Assembly (NCBI RefSeq): GCF_006345805.1
Contig: NC_043016.1
Location: 23,188,001 to 23,252,000 of the forward strand
Reading direction: 5' to 3'
DNA length: 64,000 nt
DNA from: Octopus sinensis
Lineage: Eukaryota
A program made the translations under genes and the position numbers. The notes below the pieces were generated by a model. The model searched no databases. It was not told where the DNA came from and saw nothing but the letters and a program-made list of their open reading frames with translations. Each line of letters opens with the position of its first letter. Within the stretch, counting starts at the first letter, position 1. Below, one piece after another: positions 13,201 through 26,195 of this stretch.

Positions 13201-14018
13201 ATAACTTTCTTCAATGGGATAATTCATTGATAACTTTTTTGTTTTTTGTTTGTTTTTGGTGGGGGGGGGTCTCCTTTTTTCTTTATATTTTAATATATTT
13301 CTTTGACATAGATATATTTTAGAACTTGTTTTTGACAATGAATAAAACTTTCTATAATGTATGCTTTTAAATTTATTTACAAATATTTTTTTTTATATAC
13401 TAATTAATATTATTTATAGGGCTAAATATATATATATATATATATAAAAAGAAATTTTACATTATTATACTACATGCTGTTTGAATTTTTATATAAACAT
13501 GGTAATATGCATTTCTTTTAAATTATTAACTATGCAGCTGTAAATAAGATATTTAGGAAGTGTGTGTGCGCATGGATGGTGTGTTTTTGTGAGTGTACAC
13601 AGCTATATAAATTAAGTATATTTGCATTAAGTCAACATTTAGAGTATTCAGTCGGTTGATTGAAAGCAAGTTTAACAGTAATAATTTGTATTAAATGTGT
13701 GTATGTGTATCTATAATTGTACATTTTGTGCACTTATAGATGTATGTTTGTATGTATTTGTGTGTGTATATGTATGTACATATATATAGGGTTGGCCAAA
13801 AGTCACTGACGGTAAATCAAAACCCATTTAGTTCTAAGGTTAAAATTATTTTATGTGAGACTTCACTAATAAATAGACAAATGTTGAAAAAAAGATAGTG
13901 ATTTTAACTCACAGCATTCAGTTATTAAACATTCATAATTGGAATGAATAAATGAAATTGAACATTAAGCATTTATGGAATTTTGATTTACTGTTGAGTG
14001 ACTTTTGGCCAAGCCTTT

Positions 14019-14481
14019 ATATGTATGTATGTATATATATATGTATATGTATATATATATATGTATATATATGTATGTGTATATATATGTGTATATATGT
14101 ATGTGTATATATATGTGTATATATATGTATGTGTATATATATGTGTATATATATATATGTGTATATATATGTGTATATATATATATGTGTATATATGTGT
14201 GTATATATGTATATATATGTGTATATATGTATGTATGTATATATGTATGTGTATGTATGTATGTGTATGTATGTGTGTGTGTGTGTGTGTATATGTGTGT
14301 GTGTATATATGTGTGTGTATATGTGTGTATGTATGTGTGTGTATGTGTGTGTGTGTATATATATATATATGCATGTGTATATATATGTATGTATGTATAT
14401 ATGTATGTATGTATATGTATGTATGTATATGTATGTATGTATATGTATGTATGTATATATATGTATGTATATGTATGTATG

Positions 14482-14512
<31 letters not shown>

Positions 14513-14640
14513 GTTTATATACACATGTAAATGTGTATGTATATATATATATATATGTCTATATTATATGTATGCCTCTACATATACACATGTTTATTCA
14601 CATGTATATATATATATATAAATATAATTGTGTGTGTACA
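14019..14640. repeat. Compound (TA)/(TG)/(TATG) microsatellite, about 620 bp
   Basis: Seen directly; produces the spurious Y/M/C/V/I and H/T/Y/I ORFs. Confidence 0.95.
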
Positions 14641-17164
14641 AGGATTTTATTCCTTCTTGCCATCTCTTTTCTGGTTTAATTCTCTGAATTTTTTTTTTCT
14701 TTTGATTTCATTGTTAAACCATCTTGAAATGCGATAAACTTTATGGTTTGCCTTCGCAAACCATGTCTGTTCATCGTGAACTCTTATTCAATAAAATACT
14801 ATTTTACTAATATTCCTTTTGTTTCATGTATACATACATATATATTTATATATATATAATTTTTTTTAATCTTCCCCTATTTTTAACACTTTCATAGTTG
14901 TTTTATTTTATTTTTTTTTTGAAACTATCTTTTTTTAGTGATTCAAAAGTTAAATTTTTCAAATATATCTTTTAACTGAGAAATAATTAGAAAATTCGTT
15001 CAATCTTAATCTTTGTATTCTGGTTTTAGCCATTCTACTATGGCCATACATATTTCATTCACTGTCAAAGATTTGCAATAACATTCTTTGGTAAATGATT
15101 ATTGTTTAAAATTTTTTCTTTTTCCCCCCTTTGTGCTAGTATGGTTGAACTGGTTTAAGGTATAGTATAAACATAAGTTCTCAACTGTTCTGATATGGGT
15201 TGGAGAGGTATATAATCTTATAATATGGCAGCTCTAAACTTAGCCATCTGTAACACCCATCATCTTCAGTGTAGGGTCTTAACTAATTCTTACCATATCT
15301 TTCCTAGTCTACCTTCATCGCAGTCATCTTTCTGTTATTACTCTCAGTGGTATTACATTCTGTTTGTGCTGTTGACCTGCTGCATGTATCCTTCCTATAT
15401 ATATATATATATATATATATAGATTAATACTTTTCATGTTCAAATCACTGATCTCATACAAACACACTTTAGCATCATCTCTATACTCAATACTTCATTT
15501 TGTTGGATGCTCCTTCCTTCCTTTCTGCTACTATGATCTATCTGATTAGCTTCAAGTATTTAAAATCTGTGAACTTGCCTGTTGCAGCCATAGGGATTAT
15601 ACCAAACTGCTACTGCTTTTAGAAATAGTCTTTGTACTAGTTTGCATCCTAAACTTAACCGCTTTGCATAATAACTGGTTGTTTAAGAGCTCCTTTAATC
15701 GGTTACATATTAACAATTGCAACTGGACAGTATGTCACTATATGAGTTTTATTTTTGATCACTTAATCATGGGAACTTGAAGTCCCCATGATTAATGATG
15801 AGGTACACTCTGATCTGATGACAGATTGCATATTGCAGAAAAAGAATGAAATGATTAGATAAAAAGTTGGACTTTTGTGTTCAAGAACAACGTTTATTTT
15901 ATATTAAGCCTTTTGATACCAGCCAGCCTAAGAGCACCTCTGGTTCCATGATATAAACTTTGTATTATAATTTTGTGTTAATTTGTCCCAAACACCAGCT
16001 TTAATTATGACAGTTATTTCACTAAATTCTTTGTTATTTTCCAACAGAAATATGGTTAACGAAATAATCTTAGTGTTAGCAAAAGAACTGCTGGATTTTG
16101 CCAAGCAATTGTTGATATCCTTATTAAATGTAATATCGTGCATAAAGTTTTCTTTTTTAAAATTTGTGAGTAAACAATAGGTTTTTTTTGTGGAGGTGAT
16201 TTGTGAAATAGTTTTTTTATGCTTATGTATGAAAAAGATTATTCACATACATCCTCGTGGATGAGGTTCTGTTAAACTGCTCATCTAAGAGAAGGTAACT
16301 CCATATAAATCCTACTGCTGATAATTACTGGGCTCATAGCACTTGTTGCTCAAGTCCAATACAAGTTTGAAGAATGGGATTGGCTCTGCACAAACCATGC
16401 TCACTATAATAATAAACCCTTGTGGGGGTAATTTATTAAGTGTTAAACAAAAAGCTTTGGGAGGAAACCTTATAGAATATCTGGAGTGAGGGAGCCTAAA
16501 GCAGATATGTATAGTTATACTTAAGCAACGCCTGACATCTGCCACTCTGTGGATGCTACAAACATTGACTTTCTTTTATGTTGTATTCATGAGTGGAGAG
16601 GTGGTAAGTGTACTTGAGGCTAAGCACTTGCTTCAGGAAACAGACCAAGCACTGCAGGGAAGATTAAAAAATAACCATATACAAGCATCTTGTCAACTTC
16701 AGAAGAGCGAGGTAATGCCATGATTTTTTTTCTCTACAAGAATGGCACAAAATAAAAAATTTAACCTCCCACCCCCACCCAAGAAACAGATGGCACAAGG
16801 CTACAGCTTCACTTGAACTACTGGCAATGAAGTTCTGTGGAATTGGCTGATGATGGGTAACTTGAAGCCTGCATGTCTTACCTGTGGGTATTGGTTTGCA
16901 AATGCTTGAGAGTAATGCTGTGTCACTCCCACTAGTATTAAAGTCTGTGAAGATCATGGAGACATAATTCCTTCTTTCATAGCAAACCAATAAAATAATT
17001 TAAGTCTTTTATTGCTGACTTCATCAAAGATTATTGTAAAGTCTATAAATGTTGTATAGATGCCTATGTTTTGTTTCTTTTGGATTTATTTGGTCCTGAA
17101 TCTAAAATTGCTCTTGGGTTTAAATATTTGGAAAACAGTTACCTGTGGAACAATAGGGTGATAT

Positions 17165-17505
17165 GTGTGCATGTGTGGTAGGACCAAGCACCTTGTCTTG
17201 GGTTCAGTACCACTGTGGCACCTTGGGTAAGTGTCTTCTACTATAGCCTCAGGCCAACCAAAGCCTTGTGGATTTGGTAGATGGAAACTGAGAGAAGCCT
17301 GTCGTGTGTGTGTGTCTGTGTTTGTCCTCCCACTATCACTTGACAACTGATGCTGGTGTATTTAAGTCCCCTGTAACTTAGCAGTTTGGCAAAAGATACC
17401 AATAGGCTTACAAAGAATAAGTCTTGGGGTTAATTTCTTTAACTAAAACCCTTCAAGGTGGTGCTCTAGCATGGCTGCAGTCAAATGACTGAAACATTTA
17501 AAAGA
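17165..17505 (+). mobile_element. SINE family A, diverged copy
   Basis: ggcaccttgggtaagtgtcttctactatagcctc...caaatgactgaaac. Confidence 0.8.
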
Positions 17506-18290
17506 ATATATGTGTGTGAGTATGTATGTATGTATAAGTGATTTATTGTTCCCTGTGGAGTAACCATGTATCTTCAATATAGCAAGACACCTATGCTTGA
17601 CCTATCATGCTTTAACCCTACAAACACCTGGCATAAAACCACTTCTCTCCACCATTTAGCTAAGGAGGCTTTTCTTGTCTTGCTAGTTACTTGACAGCCA
17701 CACTAGTGTGGGTGACATGTAAAAAGTTGCTTATCGCACTGTACAGTGGTTTGGATTAGGAAGGGCATCCAGCCATAAAAGCCTTGCCAAAGCTGACATT
17801 GGAGCACAGTGGGGCTTACTGAATCCAATCAAGCCATCCAACCCATGACAACATGGAAAATGAACATTAATTGATGGTGATAACTATGTGTTCCCCCCCC
17901 CCCAGCTGGCATCTGAGAGTAACTTTTCAGATCATTTCTGGTTTTCTTTACTAATTAGTGTACATTATTGTACGTTTACTTAGTGATTCTCTCATCAATA
18001 CTTTCACAAGTATAGTGAAGTTTGTTGCACCGAGTTGTCTCCTGCACTTGCAAAAAGACCTAAAATATTATTAGTCAATGGCTAATATTGCTTTTCTGTC
18101 ACTGCATAATTGTTTTGTAGTTAATGTTTAATGCAAGGTGTATGAAAGCTAACACTAGCTTCTAATGCCATATTATAGAGTAATATGCATGCATGTGCAT
18201 ATATATATATAAAATGTACAACTGTTCACAAATGTAGTGAGTATTTTTTTGATTTGCAGTCACCTAACGAAAGATACCCAAAATGTTAAT

Positions 18291-18669
18291 GTGTAGGAGT
18301 GGCTGTGTGGTAAGTAGCTTGCTTACTAACCACATGGTTCCGGGTTCAGTCTCACTGCATGGCACCTTGGGCAAGTGTCTTCTACTATAGCCTCGGGCCG
18401 ACCAAAGCCTTGTGAGTGGATTTGGTAGATGGAAACTGAAAGAAGCCCGTCGTATATATATGTGTATGTATATGTTTGTCCCTCCAACATCGCTTGACAA
18501 CCGATGCTGGTGTGTTTACGTCCCTGTAACTTAGTGGTTCAGCAAAAGAGACCAATAGAATAAGTGCTAAGCTTACAAAGAATAAGTCCTGTGGTTGATT
18601 TGCTCAACTAAAGGCAGTTCTCCAGCATGGCCACAGTCACATGACTGAAACAAGTAAAAGAGTAAAGAG
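18291..18669 (+). mobile_element. SINE family A, full-length copy
   Basis: A-box-like TGGCTGTGTGG, B-box-like GGTTCAGTC, central GGCACCTTGGGCAAGTGTC, internal (TA/TG)n and a GTAAAAGA-repeat tail. Confidence 0.88.
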
Positions 18670-19339
18670 TATAGTGCTGTAGAGGCATCTGCTAATGACA
18701 CCTATAAAATCATTTCTAGCTGTGGAGAAATATAAGTTTGCATGGAAACAAGTGAGGGTCAGAAACAGGAAGGCCATCAAACTGTAGGAAATCTGCTGCA
18801 AAAAAACTCTGTCCAACCCATGTGAGCATGGAAAAGTGGATGTTAAAACAATGAAGAAGATGCAGATTAAATTGTTTTTGCAGAAATATGGTAATAAAAG
18901 AGTTAAAGGGGCAGCAGAAGAAGAGAAATTAGACAGAGATGTAAAGTCAAGTAATTAGCTCAGATTAACAAAGAGTGGAATACAATATATATATGTGAAC
19001 CAGAGGTTTGTTGGTGAATGAATTCTTTGACTAGCAGTCAAATATTTCTTTCAATGTAGTCTAGCAGCAGAAGTGCTGTCTTGCATATGTGAAAAATACT
19101 TTGGTGAATGTCACATTTAAGCTTTGTAGAAAGTCGCCAACTAAATGAAGAAAAGGTATCTCCAAGTCTCAAAGAGGAATATTTTTTTTTTCAGGATGTT
19201 ATTTTGGCAATGTTATATAAAGAGCTGCCATGCCAAATCATTAAAAATTTTGAGATCCAAAATTTGTGAAGATTTTTGAAGGTTACAATGGATGCAGCAT
19301 GGCTTGAATAGTCACAATCCAATTACTTTTTTTTTATAT

Positions 19340-19760
19340 CTGTTTCAGTCATTAGACTGTGGTCATGCTGGGGCACCATCTCGAAGAACTTTTAGTTGAA
19401 TGAATGAATCAACCCGAGTTCTTATTTCTTTTTAAGCCTGATACTTATTCTATCGGCCACTTTACCAAAATACTGGGACATAAACACAATAGTGCCATTT
19501 GTCAAGCAGTGGTGGAGAACAGACACACATTTACATATATATATATTTACAATAGGTTTCTTTCAGTTTCCATCTACCAAATCCACTCACAAGGCTTTGG
19601 TCGGCCTGAGGTTATAGTAGAAGACATGGTTCCGGGTTCAGTCCCACTGAGTGACACCTTGGGCAAGTGTCTTCTACTATAACCTCAGGCCGACCAAAGC
19701 CTTGTGAGTGGATTTGGTAGACGGAAACTGAAAGAAGCCTGTCATATATATATATATATA
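19340..19760. mobile_element. Rearranged SINE family A copy with internal fold-back
   Basis: Minus-oriented copy joined to an inverted duplicate of its own middle (see findings). Confidence 0.8.
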
Positions 19761-19769
19761 TCATCATTA

Positions 19770-20055
19770 TTTAGCGTCCGCTTTCCATGCTAGCATGGGT
19801 TGGACGGTTCAACTGGGGTCTGGGAAGCCAGAAGGCTGCACCAGGCCTAGTCTGATCTGGCAGTGTTTCTACGGCTGGATGCCCTTCCTAACGCCAACCA
19901 CTCCGTGAGTGTAGTGGGTGCTTTTTACGTGCCACCCGCACAGGTGCCAGACGGGGCTGGCAAACATCCACGGACGGATGGTGCTTTTTACGTGCCACCA
20001 GCACGGGGGCCAGGCAAGGCTGGCAACGGCCACGATCGGATGGTGCTTTTTACAT
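19770..20055 (-). mobile_element. Young RTE 3' tail copy
   Basis: Nearly identical to 47138-47290 and 34870-35015. Confidence 0.85.
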
Positions 20056-21786
20056 GCCATATATGTGTGTGTTTGTATGTCTGTGTTTGTCACCCCAACA
20101 TCGCTTGACAACCGATGCTAGTGTGTTTATATCCCCGTAACCAAGCGGTTCAGCAAAAGAGACCGGTAGAATAAGTATTAGGCTTAGAAAGAATATTTGG
20201 AAATGAACAAAACTGCTTGCATGTCAATAATGCTTGTTTTGACATAGCACAAACAAGCATTATTGACATGCAAGCACTTTTGTTAATTTCCAACTTTCTG
20301 TGAAAAAATATCCAATTACTTACTTTATATTACCGTACTCAGAAACAGGATGGTGATCAGATGCAACATTCAACCATAGAAAATTATCCTCCATAAATTC
20401 TGTTTGATCCATGCAAGAATGGAAAACTTACCACAACAATATGTATATGCATGGCTGTGTTGTTATAAGAAGTTTACTTTGCAATTACATTGTTTTGGGT
20501 TTAATTCCAACAAAAACTGTCACAACATTGTTTCTGCTACTTTGTTCCGACACATCTGTAATGCTATTCCATTCACTCAGTCTAGACATATCTACCACAC
20601 AATCAGAACCCTACCGTTTTCTCTTCCATTCAATCAGCAAATTTACAGCACCTCTTCTCCCAGCCATTAAATCCATTCATATCTACAATATTCTAGGACA
20701 AGTTCTAAGATCATAAGACTTCTACATAGTCCTGATACTCGGCATGTCTTTATCTTAGACATAACTCATACCTTCATTATTATCATCATTTTCCTTTTAA
20801 CAGCCACTTTTCCACACTTGCATGGATCAGATGGAATTTATTGAACTGGATTTTCTATGGATGGATGCTCTTCCTGTTACCAATTCTCACATGTTTTCAC
20901 AAAAGATTTAAGATGAAGGACACAGCTTGCGGAACAGTGACAATCACAACTAGCATGTAATGTCAAGGCAAAGAAACAATAAAACACACGCACACCTCTT
21001 TTATCTTTTACTTGTTCCAGTCATTAGACTGCAGCCATGCTGGGGCACCACCCCGAAAAATATTTAGTTGAATGAACTTTACGTACTTTATTTTTTTTTT
21101 TCTTTTAACCTTAGTACTTATTCTGTTGGTCACTTTTGCTGAACCACTAAGTTATGGAGATGTAAATTTGCTCAAGGTGCCACACAGTGGGAATGAACTT
21201 GGAACGATGTAGTTGGGAAGAAAGCTTCTTACCATACAGCCTCCCCAATTCATTCACAGGGCTTTGGTTGGGCTGGGCTAGAGTAGAAGATATTTGCAGT
21301 GGGGCTGAACCCAGAACCATGTGGTTGAGAAACAAACTTACCAATACAGCCAGAGTTGAATTTGGTAGATAGCAACTGCATAGAATTCTGCCATACATAA
21401 CTTAGTGGCTTGACAAACAAATATCAATAAAATAAGTATTGAGGATGTCACTTTTGACTAAACTAGGGGCTCACATGTAGTACATTGTAAGAGGTTTGTA
21501 CATGCAATGCAGATCTTAAAATATATATAATTTAGAAGTCTATACAAATCCTTTATTTAAAGTTTTTTTTTTTACTTGTTTCAGTCAGTGGGGCACTGCC
21601 TTGGTGAATCTTTAGTCAATTGAATCAACCCCAGTACCTTTTTTTAAGCCTGGCACTTATTCTATCAATTGCTTTTGCTGAACTGCTAAGTCACAGGAAC
21701 ATAAATATACCAACACTAGTTGTCAAGCAGTGGCGGGGAACAAATACAGATGCAAAGACAGGGCTTTTTTCAGTCACTACATCCAA

Positions 21787-22219
21787 TGTCACAACTGGCT
21801 AAAATAAGGAAATTCTGACCAATCAGGACACTGCCTAGAGCTGATCTCCTGCAGAGATTTTAGCTTTTTGGAGCTGTCTCTCAGCTGACTTCTTTTTTTT
21901 TTTTTTGCTATAAAAGCACCACATCTCAGGCACCTGAGGCAGAGTGCCAGAGCTGTGAGGCAGAGAACACTGAAGGAATGACCTAGCTGAAGAGATGACC
22001 TACTTAACTACTGAATTTCCTTGTCTCAGTGAAGTTTTTTAAGATCTACCGGTTTTGGGTTTATCATCTGTTGATCCTGATGATTTAAAACAAGCTACAA
22101 TTCATTGCACAACACTTCTACACCTTCCTACAGTAGCTGCTATAACAGAATTCGACTTACCCTCTTGGTGAAGGCACACGATCCTTTGTTTCTCATCACA
22201 GGACACCGGTTATCTCACA
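21787..22219 (+). mobile_element. Putative solo LTR or promoter-like element
   Basis: Starts TGTCACAAC, ends GTTATCTCACA; CCAAT at about 21823 and TATAAAAG at about 21909; truncates a SINE A copy. No clear TSD. Confidence 0.35.
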
Positions 22220-22560
22220 CAAGCCACCATGTTATGTTGAAACTTGAATCTTCCAATAATGTAAGATCATAAGTAACTGTTAGCCCATTAACAGTCTACT
22301 AAACAACAAATACTTCATTCAGTAGTTAATTTTTTTTCTATATGACCCTTAACTTTTGGCTGCTGCAATGTGGAAGATTGTTTATTTTCTAATAACTTAC
22401 GAAATATTTATTCCATTTACTTGAAATTTTTACAAAAGATAGATATTAGATATATATATAAATATGTGTAGAATATCCAGTCCCTACATATTAATCTTCT
22501 ATATCTATTTCAACACACTTGTTCTTACTGACCCTTATATTATGGCTGCTATTGTATATA

Positions 22561-22960
22561 TCTCTTTTACTTGTTTCAGTCACTTGACTGTGGCCATGCT
22601 GGAGCACTGCTTTTAGTTGAGCAAATCGACCCCAGGACTTAGTCTTTGTAAGCCTAGTACTTATTCTATCGGTCTCTTTTTTGCTGAACCGCTAAGTTAC
22701 GGGGACGTAAACACACCAGCATCGGTTGTCAAGTGATGTGGTGGTGGGACAAGCAGAGACACACAAACACACATACATATATATATACATATACATATAT
22801 ACGACAGGCTTCTTTCAGTTTCTGTCTACCAAATCCACTCACAAGGCTTTGGTTGGCCTGAGGCTATAGTAGAAGACACTTGCCCAAGGTGCCACACAGT
22901 GGGACCAAACCCAGAACCATGTGGTTGGTAAGCAAGCTAATTACCACATAGCCACACCTA
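22561..22960 (-). mobile_element. SINE family A, full-length copy
   Basis: Reverse complement of the 18291-18669 type. Confidence 0.88.
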
Positions 22961-22974
22961 TATATATATATAAA

Positions 22975-23323
22975 AGGGTGAAGGGTGAAGACTTGCTTAG
23001 GTCATGAATGACCATGGGATTGCATCTAGAAAGATACCCTCCCAGGCACAAGTCCGGGCAAGGCAGTTAATGGAAGACCAGCAGTTGCCCATGCATACCG
23101 GCCTCTTCTCTCCATGCTGCCAGTGTTATCCAAGGGAAAGGCAAAGGACAATACAGCTTGGCACAACTCATGATGTTGCAACTCATTTCTACAGCTGAGT
23201 GAACTGGAGCAACGTTCAATAAAGTGTCTTGTTCAAGAACCCAACACACAGCCCGGTTCGGGAATTGAACTCACTACCTAATGATTGTAAGCCTGACACT
23301 CTAACCACTGAGCCATGTGCCTT
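22975..23323 (-). mobile_element. SINE family C (distinct tRNA-derived head)
   Basis: Minus head aaggcacatggctcagtggttagagtgtcaggcttacaatc...gagttcaattcc has A and B boxes; a related head lies at 62575. Confidence 0.75.
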
Positions 23324-24017
23324 GTGCCATCATGGATCGCCCTACAAGGTTACACTCCTTGATTACAATACCTTAATACCCCCATTGTGGAGACACTTCA
23401 AACTTACATTTCCAAGTTCAAAAACTACACATAAAACAAGAATTGATGTTACTGCAACACCATTAAGCTTTCTTTTCAGCTTAACAATTCACATACTTCA
23501 CTCGACTAACTACAACTTTTCCCTTCTCAAATATCACCATTTGGTCAACATACTTAACCACTACAACCACATGGTAAACAATCCCTTTACTCTCTTCTGG
23601 CCACTTACTATTTATCATTGTAACACCTTCACAAATGAAAAACAAAGTAAAATTACATTAGAAAAGTCCACAAGAATTACATTAGAAAAGTCCACAAGAA
23701 AGCAAAATCAAAGTTTGCAGAAATAAAATGCTATCACAATCACCAACATAGAAACTTCAGTTTATGTATTAAAAAAAATTATATATGCATCCCAGAAGGC
23801 AACATAAAAACAAACACAGCCACATTTATGCAACAGAGCTAATTTGATGAACCAAGAATAGCTTCAGACACAGGTCACAACCTCCATCATCACACATAAT
23901 CGAAATAGAACTTGGTATTGAACTAAAAAGAAAGACAAGAAACTATAGAACAAAATATGCTGTGTCAACCCTCACAGTCTCTAACATTGCATAAAAAAAA
24001 ATTTCCAAACACTCAAA

Positions 24018-24418
24018 TACAGGCGTGGCTGTGTGGTAAGTAGCTTGGCTTACCAACCACATGGTTTTGGTTTCAGTCCCACTGCATAGCACCTTGGGCA
24101 AGTGTCTTCTACTATAGCCTTGTGAGTAGATTTGATAGACAGAAACTGAAAGAAACCCATTGTGTGTGTATATATATACACACACACACATATATATATA
24201 TGCGTGTGTATCTGTGTTTGTCCTCCCAACATCACTTGACAAGTGATGTTGGTGTGTTTACATTCCCATAATGTGGCAGTTCGACAAAAGAGACCGATAG
24301 AATAAGTACTAGGCTTACAAAGAATAAGTCTTGGGATCGAATTGCTCAACTAAAGACAGTGCTCCAGCATGGCTGCAGTCAAATGACTGAAACAAGTAAA
24401 AGAATAAAAGAAAAGAAT
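24018..24418 (+). mobile_element. SINE family A copy
   Basis: Homology to 18291-18669. Confidence 0.85.
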
Positions 24419-25199
24419 ACATATACAACACTCTGGAATATCTTTAGAATGCAATTACAATATTTTAAAAATATTTTCTCTCCCAGGTGTCTTAGACAAA
24501 TGTAAAAAGTGCACATAGTTGCAACATTACAACCTTCACTAGACCTAAACACTAAACAGCTGCAACATTACTATCTTTGTTAGACTTGAACACTACTGGG
24601 ATATGTAATGCTATTGCTGTGACCACCATCAGAATCAACACAGTTATACCATGTCCAAACTGATATACAGCATCCTATATGGTTTGTCATTACTTACTTA
24701 CCCTTCACCCCCTATGGAGTATAGACCATCAACAACTATTCTCCACTCTTCTCAATTGCAGTCTTCCTCTCCCATATCTTGTTGGTTTTGAATTGTCATC
24801 GATGCTTTTATAACTCTGCTTTTCTCTAGGTGGGGGTGTTAGCTCTGGTGTTAGGAACAGGTGGTCTTTATAAACCTGGTGTCCATCCTTTGACCTGTCC
24901 AGCACAGGAGACTCTATCAGGAGCTTACATTCTGCTAGCATAGTTCCCAAGGTCACTGCGGCATACAAGGACTGGGCCTTGTTGTGGGTAGTTCATCATA
25001 GCATGTTAGAAATGATGTGTAATCCTCAGTTTGACAGAGGCACAGTATAACCAAGAATGGAGAGCTGAGAAGTGTACCTACAGGTTTGGTAAAATACCTA
25101 CAAGTTATAGGACTGCTTGGTCAGGATTAGCTTAGGGCTACATGACAGCAACCAAACTACCCAATTTGAAGAACAGACAACAATAAAGCAACCCAGAAC

Positions 25200-25600
25200 A
25201 TGCTATAACACCATCACTACTAGCCAGTCAAAATACAACAGTATGCTATCTATCAATCCATTTTAACATTTACAACATACCATAATACTACTATAACACT
25301 ATCTTTACCACTCAGTTCGGACACATCTACAAACCTATACTACAAATGTACTGCCACAAGACTCCTTATACCCAAGCCATAACATATATACGACACTATC
25401 ACTTCTATTTAGCTGAGATAAATCTACAACACTCCAGAAACATACTGCATTATCCCTGCTACTCAGTCTTAACACATCTTCATTTCAGTCCAGATATATC
25501 TGCATCATTCTACAACATTTTTACTACAATATCCCTTGTTATGATGAAATCTGCTTATCTATAAAAACATTTATGGCCCTTACATCAACGTTTGGTACTA
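25200..25600 (+). mobile_element. Possible heavily decayed Penelope-like RT fragment
   Basis: IFTTQFGHIYK-like segment, with a similar segment near 20560 (AIPFTQSRHIYH). The similarity is weak and judged by eye. Confidence 0.3.
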
Positions 25601-25864
25601 TAACAGCAATGTTGGGCTACTAAACAATGTCTTCTACCTGGCTGGTTCCCGTCAAACTGTCCAACCCATGCCAACATGGAAGGTGGACGTTAAATGATGA
25701 TGATATATATTTGATTAATGAGAAAGATGGAAGATACAAGAATTTTTATTGAACACTACAGTTGTTTTGACTCCTCTATCATCTATTCCTCATGAGAGGG
25801 ATACTGAATATCTGGTTAAGGTGTATCCGTCAGTGTACAAGTGTCTCCTCAGGTGATTACAAAA

Positions 25865-26195
25865 TCATCGTCATCATCATCGTTTAACATCCGCTTTCCA
25901 TGCTAGCATGGGTTGGATGAATGACTGAGGGCTGGCAAACCAGATGGCTGCACCAGGCTTCAATCTTGATCTGGCAGTGTTTCTACAGCTGGATGCCCTT
26001 CCTAACGCCAACCACTCCAAGAGTGTAGTGGGTGCTTTTACGTGCCACCGGTACGGGGCCAGTCAGGCGGTTCTGGCAATAACCTCACTCGAATCTTTTA
26101 CACATGCCGCCGGCACATGTGCCAGTAAGGCGATGCTGGTAACGATCACGCTCGAACGGTGTCTTTTAAGTGCCACTGGCATGGAAGCCGGTTAG
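25865..26195 (-). mobile_element. RTE 3' tail copy
   Basis: Same (GAT)n-tailed block as 19770-20055. Confidence 0.8.

Noticed and set aside
13952-14679. Four overlapping ORFs of 178-224 aa
   Set aside because: Translations of a (TA/TG) microsatellite, which lacks stop codons by composition.
15793-15822. ATGATGA...CTGA as a C/D box snoRNA
   Set aside because: Boxes are too close together, there is no terminal stem, and it is not within an identified intron.
18264-18500. Recurring MSSDVG... ORFs (also 17086, 19869, 23943, 60326)
   Set aside because: Antisense reading of SINE family A copies; they recur only because the repeat recurs.
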